A stretch of DNA of 63,378 bases, the filler included, from Octopus bimaculoides (lineage: Eukaryota): assembly GCF_001194135.2 (NCBI RefSeq). It is 5 parts of 5 records of this genome, joined end to end, with 100 filler letters (N's around TTAATTAATTAA, not from the genome) between each part and the next. Parts side by side here need not be neighbours in the genome. Positions count along the whole stretch, not along the records: positions 25,476 to 46,627 come from NC_068992.1; positions 46,728 to 51,347 come from NC_068991.1; 3 more parts are not named here. One strand, given 5' to 3'. The stretch's first letter is position 1, and each line of letters begins with the position of its first letter. Below are positions 36,531 through 48,999 of the stretch, piece by piece. The position numbers were made by a program, and so were the translations under genes. Below the pieces are notes generated by a model. That model was not told the DNA's origin, searched no databases, and saw only the letters and a list, made by a program, of their open reading frames with translations.

Positions 36531-37639
36531 GAATTCATTTAACATATGCGTATTACTCCATTTATTAAATTTTATATTTACTCAAATACCCTCAAATAAC
36601 TGAGGCTAAAAAATGTAGTAACATCGTCCTAATCAGGACTGCCAATTTATGTTGGCAAATAGATTTTACTCTGTAGTGCTGTTACTACTTATTTCTCGCT
36701 CAGAGATCTAAAACTGATTGTTTTTCTCTTTACGAGATCAGTAACTGTGTGTCATTTTAAAAGTATATACCTCGAACNNNNNNNNNNNNNNNNNNNNNNN
36801 NNNNNNNNNNNNNNNNNNNNNNNNNNNNNNNNNNNNNNNNNNNNNNNNNNNNNNNNNNNNNNNNNNNNNNNNNNNNNNNNNNNNNNNNNNNNNNNNNNNN
36901 NNNNNNNNNNNNNNNNNNNNNNNNNNNNNNNNNNNNNNNNNNNNNNNNNNNNNNNNNNNNNNNNNNNNNNNNNNNNNNNNNNNNNNNNNNNNNNNNNNNN
37001 NNNNNNNNNNNNNNNNNNNNNNNNNNNNNNNNNNNNNNNNNNNNNNNNNNNNNNNNNNNNNNNNNNNNNNNNNNNNNNNNNNNNNNNNNNNNNNNNNNNN
37101 NNNNNNNNNNNNNNNNNNNNNNNNNNATATATATATATATATATATACGCTCACACAGAGAGAAAGAGAGACAAGCACACATTCATATTGATTATCACAA
37201 CACCCTTCAGATACATACACCTATTATATACAAATACACAGACCAACTGACAGAGATATTGCAGTGTTCTAATATGAGCACTTCAAACAATAGTTAGTCT
37301 TTAGTCTATTATTACAAGAGCCGTTGTGTCTTCAGCCATTCTTAAACAACAAAACATTGTCACAGGAAAAGAAAAAAATGAAATTTCACCTCCATCCCAG
37401 CAAAAATATATAAACAAATAAAATGACACCATCTGCCAATTGTTAGATGACTCATGAATGGTTAAGCCTCCTTTACCTTCGAAAGTTTTGTTTGTTCTTG
37501 TTTTGCTTCTGCCCCACCCCTCCTTGTTCTTCCTCCTATTCTTGTTAATCACAATCATCAACATCAACATCATCCTGGTTATCATCATCATCTTTCTTTT
37601 CCTCTCCTTCCAACAATAGCGAAGACTTCTACTGATGCT

Positions 37640-37687
37640 GCTGCAGTTTATGGTGTTGCTATGGTTGTTGCCATTGTTAGTTATAAA

Positions 37688-37719
<32 letters not shown>

Positions 37720-37969
37720 CGACAACGACGACGATGATGACAACGATGTCGACGACGATGACGATGACGATGATGCTGATGATAGGGTGGTGGAGGTGGT
37801 GGCAGCGGCAGCGGTAGTTGTGATGGTGGTGACGTCGATGGTGGTGTAAGTTGTGGTGGTGGTAGTGGTGATGATGGTCGTGGTTGGAGTCATCGTAGTG
37901 ATGGCTTTATAGTGGTGGTACTTGGTTCCCTTCGTACTTTATTTCATGCGTCATCTTATATACTCACGC

Positions 37970-38018
<49 letters not shown>

Positions 38019-38053
38019 GTGGTGGTGATGATGATGGTGGTGGTGGTGGTGGT
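37640..38053. repeat. (GAT)n/(GAC)n/(GGT)n microsatellites
   Basis: Visible. Confidence 0.9.
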
Positions 38054-38714
38054 NNNNNNNNNNNNNNNNNNNNNNNNNNNNNNNNNNNNNNNNNNNNNNN
38101 NNNNNNNNNNNNNNNNNNNNNNNNNNNNNNNNNNNNNNNNNNNNNNNNNNNNNNNNNNNNNNNNNNNNNNNNNNNNNNNNNNNNNNNNNNNNNNNNNNNN
38201 NNNNNNNNNNNNNNNNNNNNNNNNNNNNNNNNNNNNNNNNNNNNNNNNNNNNNNNNNNNNNNNNNNNNNNNNNNNNNNNNNNNNNNNNNNNNNNNNNNNN
38301 NNNNNNNNNNNNNNNNNNNNNNNNNNNNNNNNNNNNNNNNNNNNNNNNNNNNNNNNNNNNNNNNNNNNNNNNNNNNNNNNNNNNNNNNNNNNNNNNNNNN
38401 NNNNNNNNNNNNNNNNNNNNNNNNAAGGAGACCAGATATGAACATAAAGGACAAAGGCAAAATAGCGTAAGATCACATTTATCTTATATTTCATAACTTA
38501 GTCTTTGAGTAAGATCTTTCTGAAATAAAAATCTCATTAAGTTCGGTTAATAGCAATAAACAATTCAAAACAGACAATCCTTAACTAAACCTGAAGAATG
38601 CAGTCATTTCGTCTGTGCTATATGAAACATCCTTTTCAAACTGCACCCGTTATCTGAATTCACGATGATTCAACATTCTTCCTTTTTTTACACTGAAGGC
38701 AACGTTATTTTTAC

Positions 38715-38823
38715 CTCGAAACACAGATTTGATTTCACTATCAGAAAAGGCTCTCCTTCGTTAAATACTTCAGTCGTATTTATGAAATTTTGCGACAATT
38801 GGTTTGAGAAAAGTGGTTGGAAC
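38715..38823 (-). CDS. Candidate 109-nt internal exon of unknown gene (xFQPLFSNQLSQNFINTTEVFNEGEPFLIVKSNLCFE)
   Basis: Acceptor TTTTCTCTTTCGTACAG| and donor GAG|GTAAAA; exactly one open frame; non-repetitive. No homology recognised. Confidence 0.3.
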
Positions 38824-39654
38824 CTGTACGAAAGAGAAAATAAATGAATCTAATGATACGACTAATGGTGAGATGATATTCGTAGATAAACTGTGATTCT
38901 CAGTTGAATTGACAACTAATTTCAAATTAAGCTCTAGATTTTAAGGAGATAAGTGGCAGTCTATGCCGACTAAAATAGTAGTTTAATTATTGAATAGTAT
39001 TAGTAAAAGTAAGTTGTATTTTAAATAGGGATCTGAAAATGAGAAGTTATTTCTAAGATATGTTGATGAAGACAAACATAATTTGGCTAAAGATATAACA
39101 TGTCGATTTATGTTTGATATACAGTTGAGGTTTGCGTGTATTGTAGAGCAAGAAATGAGCTTTCCGTGAGAAAATCTTCAATTCGCTTGAGATTTACATT
39201 TCTATCTAGTCTTTAAATATTTTAATTGTTGCTTTCATCATCGCCTGAAGTAACTCTACTTCTTTTTATGCCAACAAGCTGCTTCTCAGACAAATAAAGA
39301 TTCAAAATCTAACATCACAATCTCTCGTAAAATATTGCTGTAGCACTTTACAATAATTTTTTCCCCTGCTGCCCGGTTAACACCATCTCTTTTCTATTTC
39401 ATCTGAAATACAGCATGCTTCAAACTTTTGTTTCTACCACTCATCCTTCAAATGTTACTACTTTCCCTTCGTACGCTTCACATCATCTCTTACCCCGTCT
39501 CTGCCTATATCAACTCAATCCATACAGTTTTTTATTTTTCATTCGTAATTTTGCATCCTGGGCGAGTACATTTCTATATGTTCTCTCGTCGGTGAAGACG
39601 TATGATTCTTTTACAATTCAGTGAACTTTAATAACTCACCCACGTATTGTTTAC

Positions 39655-39855
39655 AAATTTTGTCACAAGGCCAGCAATTTTGAGGGATAGGATTACATCG
39701 ACTCCAGTGCTCAACTGGTACTTATTTTATCGACCCCGAAAGGATGAAAGAAAACGTTGACCTCGGCAGAATTTGAACTCAGAACGTAAAGATGGAAGAA
39801 ATGCCGCTAAGCAGTTTGCCTGGCGTGCCAACGATTCTGCCAGTTCGCCGCCTTA
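39655..39855 (-). mobile_element. SINE family C
   Basis: Reverse complement of the 32275 copy. Confidence 0.87.
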
Positions 39856-40186
39856 TAATTCACCCGTATATTAATGCTTGTTGTTTGTCAGAGACCATTG
39901 GACTCCAGATCAAAAATTGCCAACTCATATCATATAAGGTCCAGTCCACAAAGCTGGAAATCACTATCACAAATAAAAATACAACACTGCTGTACAGTTG
40001 ATGACCGTAATCTCAGCATGAAATGCTGCACTTCCTCTTTTCATGACTAAGACTCAGAACAGCATTTGCATAACCCAGCTAACGATGAAATTATCGTTAC
40101 ATGACGTATATTTATTGTGATTAAATGGAAAAAAATTGCATAGTGCTCCATATGAGCTAAAACGTACGACAAAAGGCGAAATACAA

Positions 40187-40286
<100 letters not shown>

Positions 40287-40359
40287 ATATGTACATACGT
40301 ATTTATGCGAGACGAAGCGATGGCGGTAGGGAGATATGGTCAGTCCAAACAGCCTTTGA

Positions 40360-41365
40360 ATGTTGCATTGTACCACTCAGGAAACACCTGCTGAACAGAA
40401 AAGAAAGAAATGAGTACATTACATGCATACACAAAAGTGAAAGCAGCATCATCATCAGAATTAGAGAAAGTACTGTGCAGGTATTCTGAAAATACAACTG
40501 TCTCATGCGACCCAAAGGATGCTGGACTGGCCTACCTAAACAAGCTTGGGAGAGCAACAAGCATCATACCAACAAAAAATAATGTATGGGTATATATCCC
40601 GTAAGCTAGAAGATAACAACAGCATTGACAGGACGAATAACCTCTCCTAGAACTGCGATAAATACATTACATCGCACCTAGAAGGATATGTATTCGCTAT
40701 TCAGGAACAGGAGACAGCTACTAAATACCTTATAAACAAGAGGATCAAAGATACTACCAAACCTCCACGTTGTGATAAACAATGTCGGCTCTGCCATATC
40801 AGTGTGCACCCACATCATCAGCAGCTACCCCTAAATGCCTACAGGATACTATCTGCCCCTGAAACATAATATAGTTACAAAGAATATTTACAATGCTATT
40901 GGCAGGAAGGACTGCCCTGGGGTTTACATCAAAGCATATCAAAACCAGGAGGTTTTCACATCTTCAAAATCAAGGAATATTGGTGGAACATCCCAATAAA
41001 AACATCGATTCGGTGCAAACATAACGAACTTGATATTGTTCTGTAGGACACCGAACGAAAGTCATGCACTGTTGTAGAGGTCAACTACCCAGCAGATACG
41101 AATGTACAATCAAAAATCCAGGAATGGCGAATTAATGCGGAACTTCATAGCACCATAGTACTCTGGTACTATGACTATGAGTTCTCATTTTTACCAATCA
41201 TCTATGTGCATTAGTCACATACCAATAAATTTGCACAAAAACCTAGAAATATTAGGTTTCACGGGGAAAGAGCAAAAGTAAAAGATGCGGATTCTTCAAA
41301 TCCAGTCTTTTAGTGGAACAGTGATAATTTGGAAAACATTCCAAAAGTTCTCCATCTGAGATTCT
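40360..41365 (+). mobile_element. RLE-type (R4/NeSL-like) LINE 3' part, decayed
   Basis: EGYVFAIQEQETATKYL, CRLC...HIIS, EYWWNIPIKTSIRCKHNELDIVL, CTVVEV.YPAD; multiple stops and frameshifts. Confidence 0.82.
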
Positions 41366-41573
41366 TATGTGAATAGATGCACACACTTGGGTGTATGCAT
41401 CGACAGTTCAACCAACACATCAACTCAACCACATATTTACAAACCCCGGAAACTCTCTTAACTCAGAAAGTCATGTTGCTTTGTTAGCAACCGGCTTGAA
41501 CACTCTCAACAGGAACATAAATCAAACTCGAAGAAAAATCATATATACATACATGCATACATTTATATATGTA

Positions 41574-41710
<137 letters not shown>

Positions 41711-41896
41711 TCCAAGTTCACTAGCATTTAGTAGAGAAGACATGTAGTTCTTGAGTCGGAAGTTCACCAAGTATAAAAACGGATGTGTATCGATGCATCG
41801 TACAAATGATAGAAGAACATTATCTATTGCTTTATAAGTTGGCCATTGACTGATTTGATTATTATGTTAGTCATTACAATATAGAAAATACTACTT

Positions 41897-42312
41897 CGAT
41901 GTTTCGCACTTTTTTGTTGTATATCAACATCACAAACTTGAACCGGATCGGAGGCGAAATGAATCGCTTGTCCGTGGCTGTATACAAACAGTATAAAAGC
42001 CATATCAACTTATACCTACGACTTTCAGGTGTTTTAACACTCGATACTTTGAGTGAGTTATTCTCACTACGCTAAATCGCAGCTCACCGGTGAACAAGCA
42101 AGTCCCGAAGACTGAGTATATATGGTCGATAATGCTTACAACACTAGCGCTGTTTCGAATTCATATTTGAATATATTCTTACGTATTCATCGTCGTAGAA
42201 TACCAGCAAATGACTTTTGCACTATTTTTATAGAGTCATAAACTGGTGGTTCAGTTCGCTTCCGATTCGGTTCAGGTATGTGATGATAAACCACAAAATT
42301 TGCGAAACATCG
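41897..42312. mobile_element. Degenerate MITE with about 130-bp inverted arms
   Basis: CGATGTTTCGCA...CATCACAAACTTGAACCGGATCGGAGGCGAAATGAA is mirrored by TTCAGTTCGCTTCCGATTCGGTTCAGGTATGTGATG...TGCGAAACATCG. Confidence 0.72.
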
Positions 42313-42590
42313 GTGCCTATCACTTTTGAATGGGTTATGGGACGAGTTGTCTCACTTGTCGCGTCGAAACAAATTTTATCTTAGGTGAGTCATTACACCA
42401 ACGATTATAATACATGCACAGGTTCAATTTCACTTTTTTATTATCAGTCACTTGGTCAAATATCTTTCAAACTAACTAATCGATCGCTCGTTTAACTTAC
42501 TGGTCCAAGTCAATCTGTTTTTTTTTCTTCTTTTTTTTTGTTCGTCAAAGTTCTTTCGTTGCCATTCACAACATTTTCAGTGACTTCCCA

Positions 42591-42983
42591 AGATACAGGT
42601 GTAGCCGTGCGGTGAGAAGCTTGCTTCCCAACAACATGGTTCCGAGTTCAGTCCCACTGAGTGAAACCTTGGGAAACTGTCTTCTGCTATAGCCTCGGGC
42701 CAACCAAATCCTTGTGAGTGGATTTGGTAGGCATAAACTGAAAGAAGCTCGTCGTATATATTTATATTTGTGTGTGTGTGTGTATTTATGTGTGTATCTT
42801 TGTGTCTGTGTCCCTCCTACCATCGCTTGACAACCGATGTTGATGTTTTTATGTCCCCATGACTTATCGGTCGGTTCGGCAAAAGAGACTGATAGAACTA
42901 TTAGGCTAAAAATGCTTTAAGGTGGTACTCCAGCATGGCCGAAGTGAAATGACTGAAACGCGTAAAAGAATAAAAGAATAAAC
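42591..42983 (+). mobile_element. SINE family A, full length
   Basis: tRNA-like head, CORE-like segment, internal (TA)(TG)n, 3' CCAGCATGGCC...GACTGAAAC and (AAAAGAAT)n tail. Confidence 0.92.
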
Positions 42984-43539
42984 GAATATATATATATATA
43001 TATATATATCAGAACAGGAGATTGTAAAAAATATTCTGGTAGTACTCATTCACCAGTTTCGAATGCGGCTGAGGGATTGAAGCAAAAAATTGCAGTAAAA
43101 CAAAGTAGAACACCTGTATGTAAGCCAAAATGAAATGAAAAATTACCCACGATAAAAAGTAAACATTGTACAAAAATAGCTGTTCCGTGGTCGAGACTAC
43201 ACATTAAGCGGTTCTTACTACTAAACCCATAAAGCGCTGGGATTTGCACTTACACAGTATGGACTGCTGAGCACATTTTATGAAAATGAGACTATCATGC
43301 ATTCATAAAAACAAAAAATAGTTAAAATAACTTCTTAGTATATAATGGTGGCAAGTTTTACATCATCTGAAAAGTCATTAGTTGCACTATCAGTCCTCTT
43401 GCATTCTGGGGGATATCGGAGTGTTTGAGTGACATTAGACCCCAACAAACGCCCATAAATTAAATGCATCTATCTGGGCCACGGTCGTAGCCTGTCGACC
43501 TGTGCCTGACGGCCACGATCGTGGCCCGTCGCGATTTAT

Positions 43540-44335
43540 GTATCAATGATAGTTGATCATTTCTGGAAATGGCCTGAAATTTGTAAGTGTAAAAAAAAAA
43601 ACCAACCTCCTCAACTGTGATAAATCTTTTACGAGAATTGTTTGCAAGATTTGGCAACCCAGACAAGATAGTGTTTGACAATGGAACACAATTTGTATCT
43701 AGCGAATTTTAAAAATTTTATGAAATTTTCGCAGAACATGTAACTTCTGTGTCATACCATTTCAGATCTAATGGACAAGCATAATGCTTTGTCGAGACCT
43801 TATAGAGATCCCTAAGAAAATCGAATAAGGAAACCACAGATGAGGTAGCTCTACAACAATTTTTAAGAGTGTACCGTATGACACCAAATCCGAATACACC
43901 AGCAGGTAGTTCACCAGCGGAGTTGATGTTTGCAAGGAATGTAAAATCAGTTTTTAATAAATTGCTACCTTGCAAGAAAAGAAAAAGTGCCTGGGAAGAC
44001 ATAGCAAAATTTCTTGAAGTTAGTGAAAAGGTGCATATGAGGGCATACAAGAATGGAAAGTAGAGTTGGGAGGATGACGTAATTACCAAATGCATAGGTA
44101 AAATGATGTAGTGGGTTAAAAATAGAAAAGGCATACAAAAGAGACACAGGAACCAACTGAAAAAGAGATTCGAGGAAAGCAAACCAAAGAAGTTGGAAGA
44201 ACCCATGGAATGGTTGTACGACACGGTCCAAGTAACAATGCCACTGCAGGTAATTGAACCCAAGCGTACAAGTGATAGGAAAAGAAAACATACAGAGTTC
44301 CTGAAAATAGACGCCAAGTGCAAAAACCATTAAAT
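43540..44335 (+). pseudogene. Ty3/Gypsy integrase (DDE) remnant
   Basis: IVDHFWKWPE, LFARFGNPDKIVFDNGTQFVS, YHFRSNGQA.CFVET, YRMTP...SPAELMFAR; internal stops. Confidence 0.92.
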
Positions 44336-44369
44336 TGTATGAAAACACCCTCAAAGATGGGAGGTGGGG

Positions 44370-45361
44370 TGAATAAAAAATAAATTATTGCTAAATAAAA
44401 TGACACTTAGGGAATTAGTAATGGTACTCCCCTCCCACGTGACGAATGGAATAACCTTAGTCACTATAAGTAAGAGAAGTGCGTGAAGTACTAGAGTACG
44501 TAGTAAGTGGAGGCAGAAAAAGAAAAAAAGAAGTAGAGAAAGAGGTTGTGAAGGAAGTTAGAAATGAGGAAGGTGAAATGATGATTGACAAGGAGATTGG
44601 AAAGGAGCTTGAGGAGGAGCTCAAGGAGGAGTTGTAGAAGGAGGAGACAGCAGCAAAGACATTAGTTATACTAGTGGAGCAAAAGGATCGAGGAGAACGA
44701 CTGTATGAAGGGGATATGGAGAGACTATTCAGAGTGGAGGAGGAAAAAAGAAAAAGCACCAGGAGTAGAGTAGGAAAGGGGAAAACAAGTAAGAAAAGCG
44801 AAAAAGTATCGATGGAATTTTGTGACATATGCTAAAAATAAAGAAACTGAACGGAAAATAATGAATTTAAGTCCATTATAATCGTGAAGCTGCCCACAGA
44901 TGTGTATGCGGAGAACGTGAAGGCCATTGTGATCGATAAGGAGAGGTACAAGCTGAACGATATGTGTGGAAGAGGAATTGATCGATGAATTGTCACCAGT
45001 GGTAGAACTGAAAGATCTCGAACCTTTTATGAAATATTAAAAAAGAAATAAGTAAAATTGTTTTATTAGGAAAAAAAAGGAGGAAGTAAAAAAGAAGAGA
45101 AACAAACGATGATAAGGAAAAAACAAAGGGAAAATGAACGATTATAAACAGTGTATTTAAATGTTCAAATGGTACTGCATGGGAGTAGACATTTCATGCA
45201 GCCATTTCATTTTCATTATTATATAACATCTTCACTTTCATTACTTTTGTGTTTTTTATTCTCACTGTGGTGTTCTGTCTGTCCTTTTGGAGTCCCCTCT
45301 GTGTTCTGGCCGTAGTGCCAAAATAAAGAAAGAGTACGTAGTAAGTGGTCAGAGATAATCA
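44370..45361 (+). mobile_element. Putative 3' LTR of the Gypsy element
   Basis: Purine tract 44353-44369 directly followed by TG; AATAAA at 45322; possible CA end at 45360-45361. The right boundary is a guess. Confidence 0.45.
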
Positions 45362-45387
45362 TGTCTTTACTGGGTTTTTACTAAGTA

Positions 45388-45841
45388 CAGTTATCCCTCG
45401 ATTATCGTAGGTGTTACGTTCCAAAACCCCCCATGATAGGTGAAAATTCACGATGTAGAAACAATACTGTACGGTATATTTATTTAATTATTTTTATAAT
45501 TTGTATATTTTTATTTTATTATAAATGCAAAGCAACACCACACACTCCATTTTCCTTACAGTATGTGCGATTCTTTGTTTACTTATCTACAGTATACTAC
45601 ATATTTCCTTTTAATATATTTTGATTAATGTGTTATACAGTGTCGTACTGTACTGTTTTTATTTATTAATTTATTTTTAGGCGTGAAAATGCTAGTTTTA
45701 CCACAGAAATAATTAAAATCTAAAAAAAACATAAATGTTTATCGGCCGCAGAAACCCGCGATATACTGAGAAGTACGCGATATAAATCCGCGATGTACTG
45801 ACGGCGTGATAGGTGCACCGTGATATGGCGAGTGCCTACTA
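45388..45841 (+). mobile_element. Tigger/pogo-like MITE
   Basis: TA|CAGTTATCCCTCG start typical of pogo/Tigger TIRs; degenerate inverted end; inverted sister copy at 46729-46950. Confidence 0.7.
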
Positions 45842-46096
45842 CATACAATCCAACATTTTAAAGATTACAGCACCAACATTAATACCAAAGCATTTTTTCC
45901 ACTCTCCTGCGTTGATATGTAATTACTCTGCAAAAAAGTATCTTCAACTCTTTTGTATGCTTCACACAATTATAACATCTACATACAATTTTGGAGTAGT
46001 GGAATAAGCAGATACGCTTCATGAGGATACTACTTGAATGTTAGCACTATCTACATACTACACACATACGCACACGCACACATTCGCGCGCGCGCG

Positions 46097-46509
46097 TTTT
46101 TATTCTTTTACTGCTTTCAGTCAGTTGATTGCAGCCTTCCTGGTGCACCGCCTTGAAGAATTTTAGCCAAATGAATCAACACCAGGACTTTTTTTAAAGC
46201 CTACTACTTATTTTATCGATCACTTTTACCGAACCGCTAATTAACGGGAAGATAGACACACTAACACCGGTTGTCAAGCGGTGATGGGGGACAAACACAA
46301 ACACAACGACACATATAAATATATATACATATATATATATATATATGAGACGAGCTTCTTCCAGTTTACGCCTACCAAATCTACTCAGAAGTTTTTGATC
46401 GGTCCGAGGCTATAGTAGAAGACACTTATCCAAGGTGCGATGCAGTGGAACTGAACCCGAAATCATGAGGATTGGAAGCAAGCTTCGTACCACACAACCA
46501 CACCTGCGC
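46097..46509 (-). mobile_element. SINE family A, full length
   Basis: Reverse complement of the family A structure. Confidence 0.9.
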
Positions 46510-46541
46510 TTATATATGCGTGTGTATGTGTGTGTTTGTGC

Positions 46542-46580
<39 letters not shown>

Positions 46581-46591
46581 ATTATTATTAC

Positions 46592-46627
<36 letters not shown>

Positions 46628-46728
46628 NNNNNNNNNNNNNNNNNNNNNNNNNNNNNNNNNNNNNNNNNNNNTTAATTAATTAANNNNNNNNNNNNNNNNN
46701 NNNNNNNNNNNNNNNNNNNNNNNNNNNT

Positions 46729-46950
46729 ATATAGTAATCTCTCGCTATATCGCAGTTCACTTATCGCGGTTCATATATCGCAGTTTATTATTTAAGCTTA
46801 CGTCGATTCTTCTGTGGTGTTGTTTTGCATTTATAATAAAATAAATATATACAAATTATAAAAATGATAAAAACATATATATACAGTACAGTACTGTTTC
46901 TACTTCGTCACCTATCACGGGTTGGTTTTCCAACGTAACCCCCGCGATAT
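46729..46950 (-). mobile_element. Tigger/pogo-like MITE, partial
   Basis: TAGTAATCTCTCGCTATATCGC ... TACTGTTTCTAC...AACGTAACCCCCGCGATA; matches 45388-45841 in inverted orientation. Confidence 0.7.
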
Positions 46951-47221
46951 TATAAGCAATTTTGTATGTATGTATCTATTATTCTGAAACATCAATATTA
47001 TTTACCGAAGCTACGAACTTATGGACAGTTGAGCCATCGTCTGACTGCCGAAACTGCCCAAAACTGGCCGAATCTGGCTGAATCTGGCCGAAAATTCGAA
47101 GTTACTGTCAATAATATTCTTGTTTAAGGATAATAAATTAGTACTCTATACAAGTATATCCATCAGATTAATGTAAGGTTATTTTTTATTATAACTGATC
47201 ATAAACAGATTGTATCGTATG

Positions 47222-47280
<59 letters not shown>

Positions 47281-47299
47281 GTCTCTCTCNNNNNNNNNN

Positions 47300-47353
<54 letters not shown>

Positions 47354-47358
47354 CATCT

Positions 47359-47752
47359 AGGTGCAGGCATGACTGTGTGTGTTAAGAAGTTTGTTTCTCA
47401 ATGACATGGTTCCGGGTTCAGTTCCACTGCGTGGATCTTTTGGCAACTGACTGCTGCTATAACCTCGGGTCAGCCAAGCCTTCTGAATGCATTTGGTTCA
47501 CAGTAACAGAAAGAAACGCTTCGTATGTATGTGTGTGTGTGTGTGCCTGTCTTTGTGTTTGGTCCTCACTGGATGACAACCGGTGTTGCTGTATTTACGT
47601 CCACGCAACCTACTAGTTTTGCAGACGATACCGATAGAGTAATACCAGGCTTAATAAACTAGTACTGATGTTGATTCGTTCGACTAAAATCCATCAAGCC
47701 AGTGTCCCAGCATGGCCGCACTAAAATGACTGAAAGAAGTAAAAGACAAAGA
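47359..47752 (+). mobile_element. SINE family A, full length, diverged
   Basis: Head, CORE-like, microsatellite and 3' modules all recognisable. Confidence 0.88.
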
Positions 47753-48781
47753 TGTTGTAAACGACAAACGGCTTCCGAAACATCCTTATGGAAAACAAGA
47801 AACTATCTGCTGCTGGGCTGCATAAAATCACAAGGCTAATAAAAGCTCTCCTTAAAATCCATTTGCAGCAATCTAGATCTATGCGGGAGAATTTATAATG
47901 AGAGATCTGCCTGTTGCAATCGCATAAGGAAAAGTGCCATAGCGACTGAGAGGGCCAAAAGTAAAAAAAGACTGACGTAGTTGAGAAATTTAAGATCAGT
48001 TAGAAGAGAAATGTCAATGACACTTCTCTTTTGTCATTGCCTAGCAACATTATTATGGAATATATTTTTAGTTGCTTTGTGTATAAGTTGACATGAGGGT
48101 TTCAAAGAAGTTTAATGTTCTGAAGGATTTCTTCTTTATAAACAACATTGTATTTTGAATTGTATGATTGCTTTCTGGAAGTATCTATAACAACTGCCAG
48201 TTTGTTGTTGACGAAGGAGTGTTTTGCACTGTGATCCTTGTATTAATTAATGATGTTGCATATTAAGGATCAACTTTATCATAAGTTCATAGTCTCCCTA
48301 AAAATTGCGCGTATGGCAATTATATTCATGGCACCATTCCTATGGGGAAAAATTGTATCCCCTTTAGCTTGTAACAAATGTTTAGCAAAGCGATCAGTAA
48401 ACTGACCTCGAGTACTTCATGCTCGCCCATAACCATATTTAACTTTGGTTCAAAGAGGTGGATTTTATCGGATTTTTAGTCCTTAAGCGATCACTGACAG
48501 GCTCTGGTATAAGTCACCTGAAATTGCTATTTCTAATCAATGAGATTCATTGTAACATGAGTCCCGAGATGTCTGTCTAGGTCATCCAGAGTTTCTTCAT
48601 ATGCAATTGAGCATTGAGCATTCCACTCAGAAAGATATCTGGCATCATTCAAGAACTTGTCTGATCCCTGAATTGATTGAATCGCATCAAATTCCAATTG
48701 CATCAAATTCTAATACTTTAATAGCTCATCCCTCGTTTTAATGGACTTTGGCAGTCAATATAATGATTATAAAAATCTTAC

Positions 48782-48834
48782 CTGCTCTACAATAAGGATT
48801 AAGTAAAAGTATACCAGCTTCTTGGTGACAAACT
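48782..48834 (-). CDS. Candidate 53-nt exon of unknown gene or intron-containing TE
   Basis: Acceptor TTGTTATTGTTTTCAG| and donor CAG|GTAAGA; two open frames (VCHQEAGILLLNPYCRA or FVTKKLVYFYLILIVEQ). Confidence 0.22.
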
Positions 48835-48999
48835 CTGAAAACAATAACAAATATTTAACCTTCTGGCTGGCAGTGAGTTTGAGTATATTGTTATTGAGTT
48901 AAGTAGTTGATATGATGTATCTTTGAAAGTTTCTTTTCTCAGATTACTCAGTTCAGTTAAGTTAGGTTGAAGGAAATCACATTTTTGCATATTTTTACG

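Noticed and set aside
43046-43249. 67-aa hydrophobic minus-strand ORF
   Set aside because: GTG start immediately after a stop, no compatible splice sites; hydrophobicity is expected from T-rich antisense sequence.
44457-44828. 123-aa Ser-rich minus-strand ORF
   Set aside because: Antisense reading of the GA-rich putative LTR interior.
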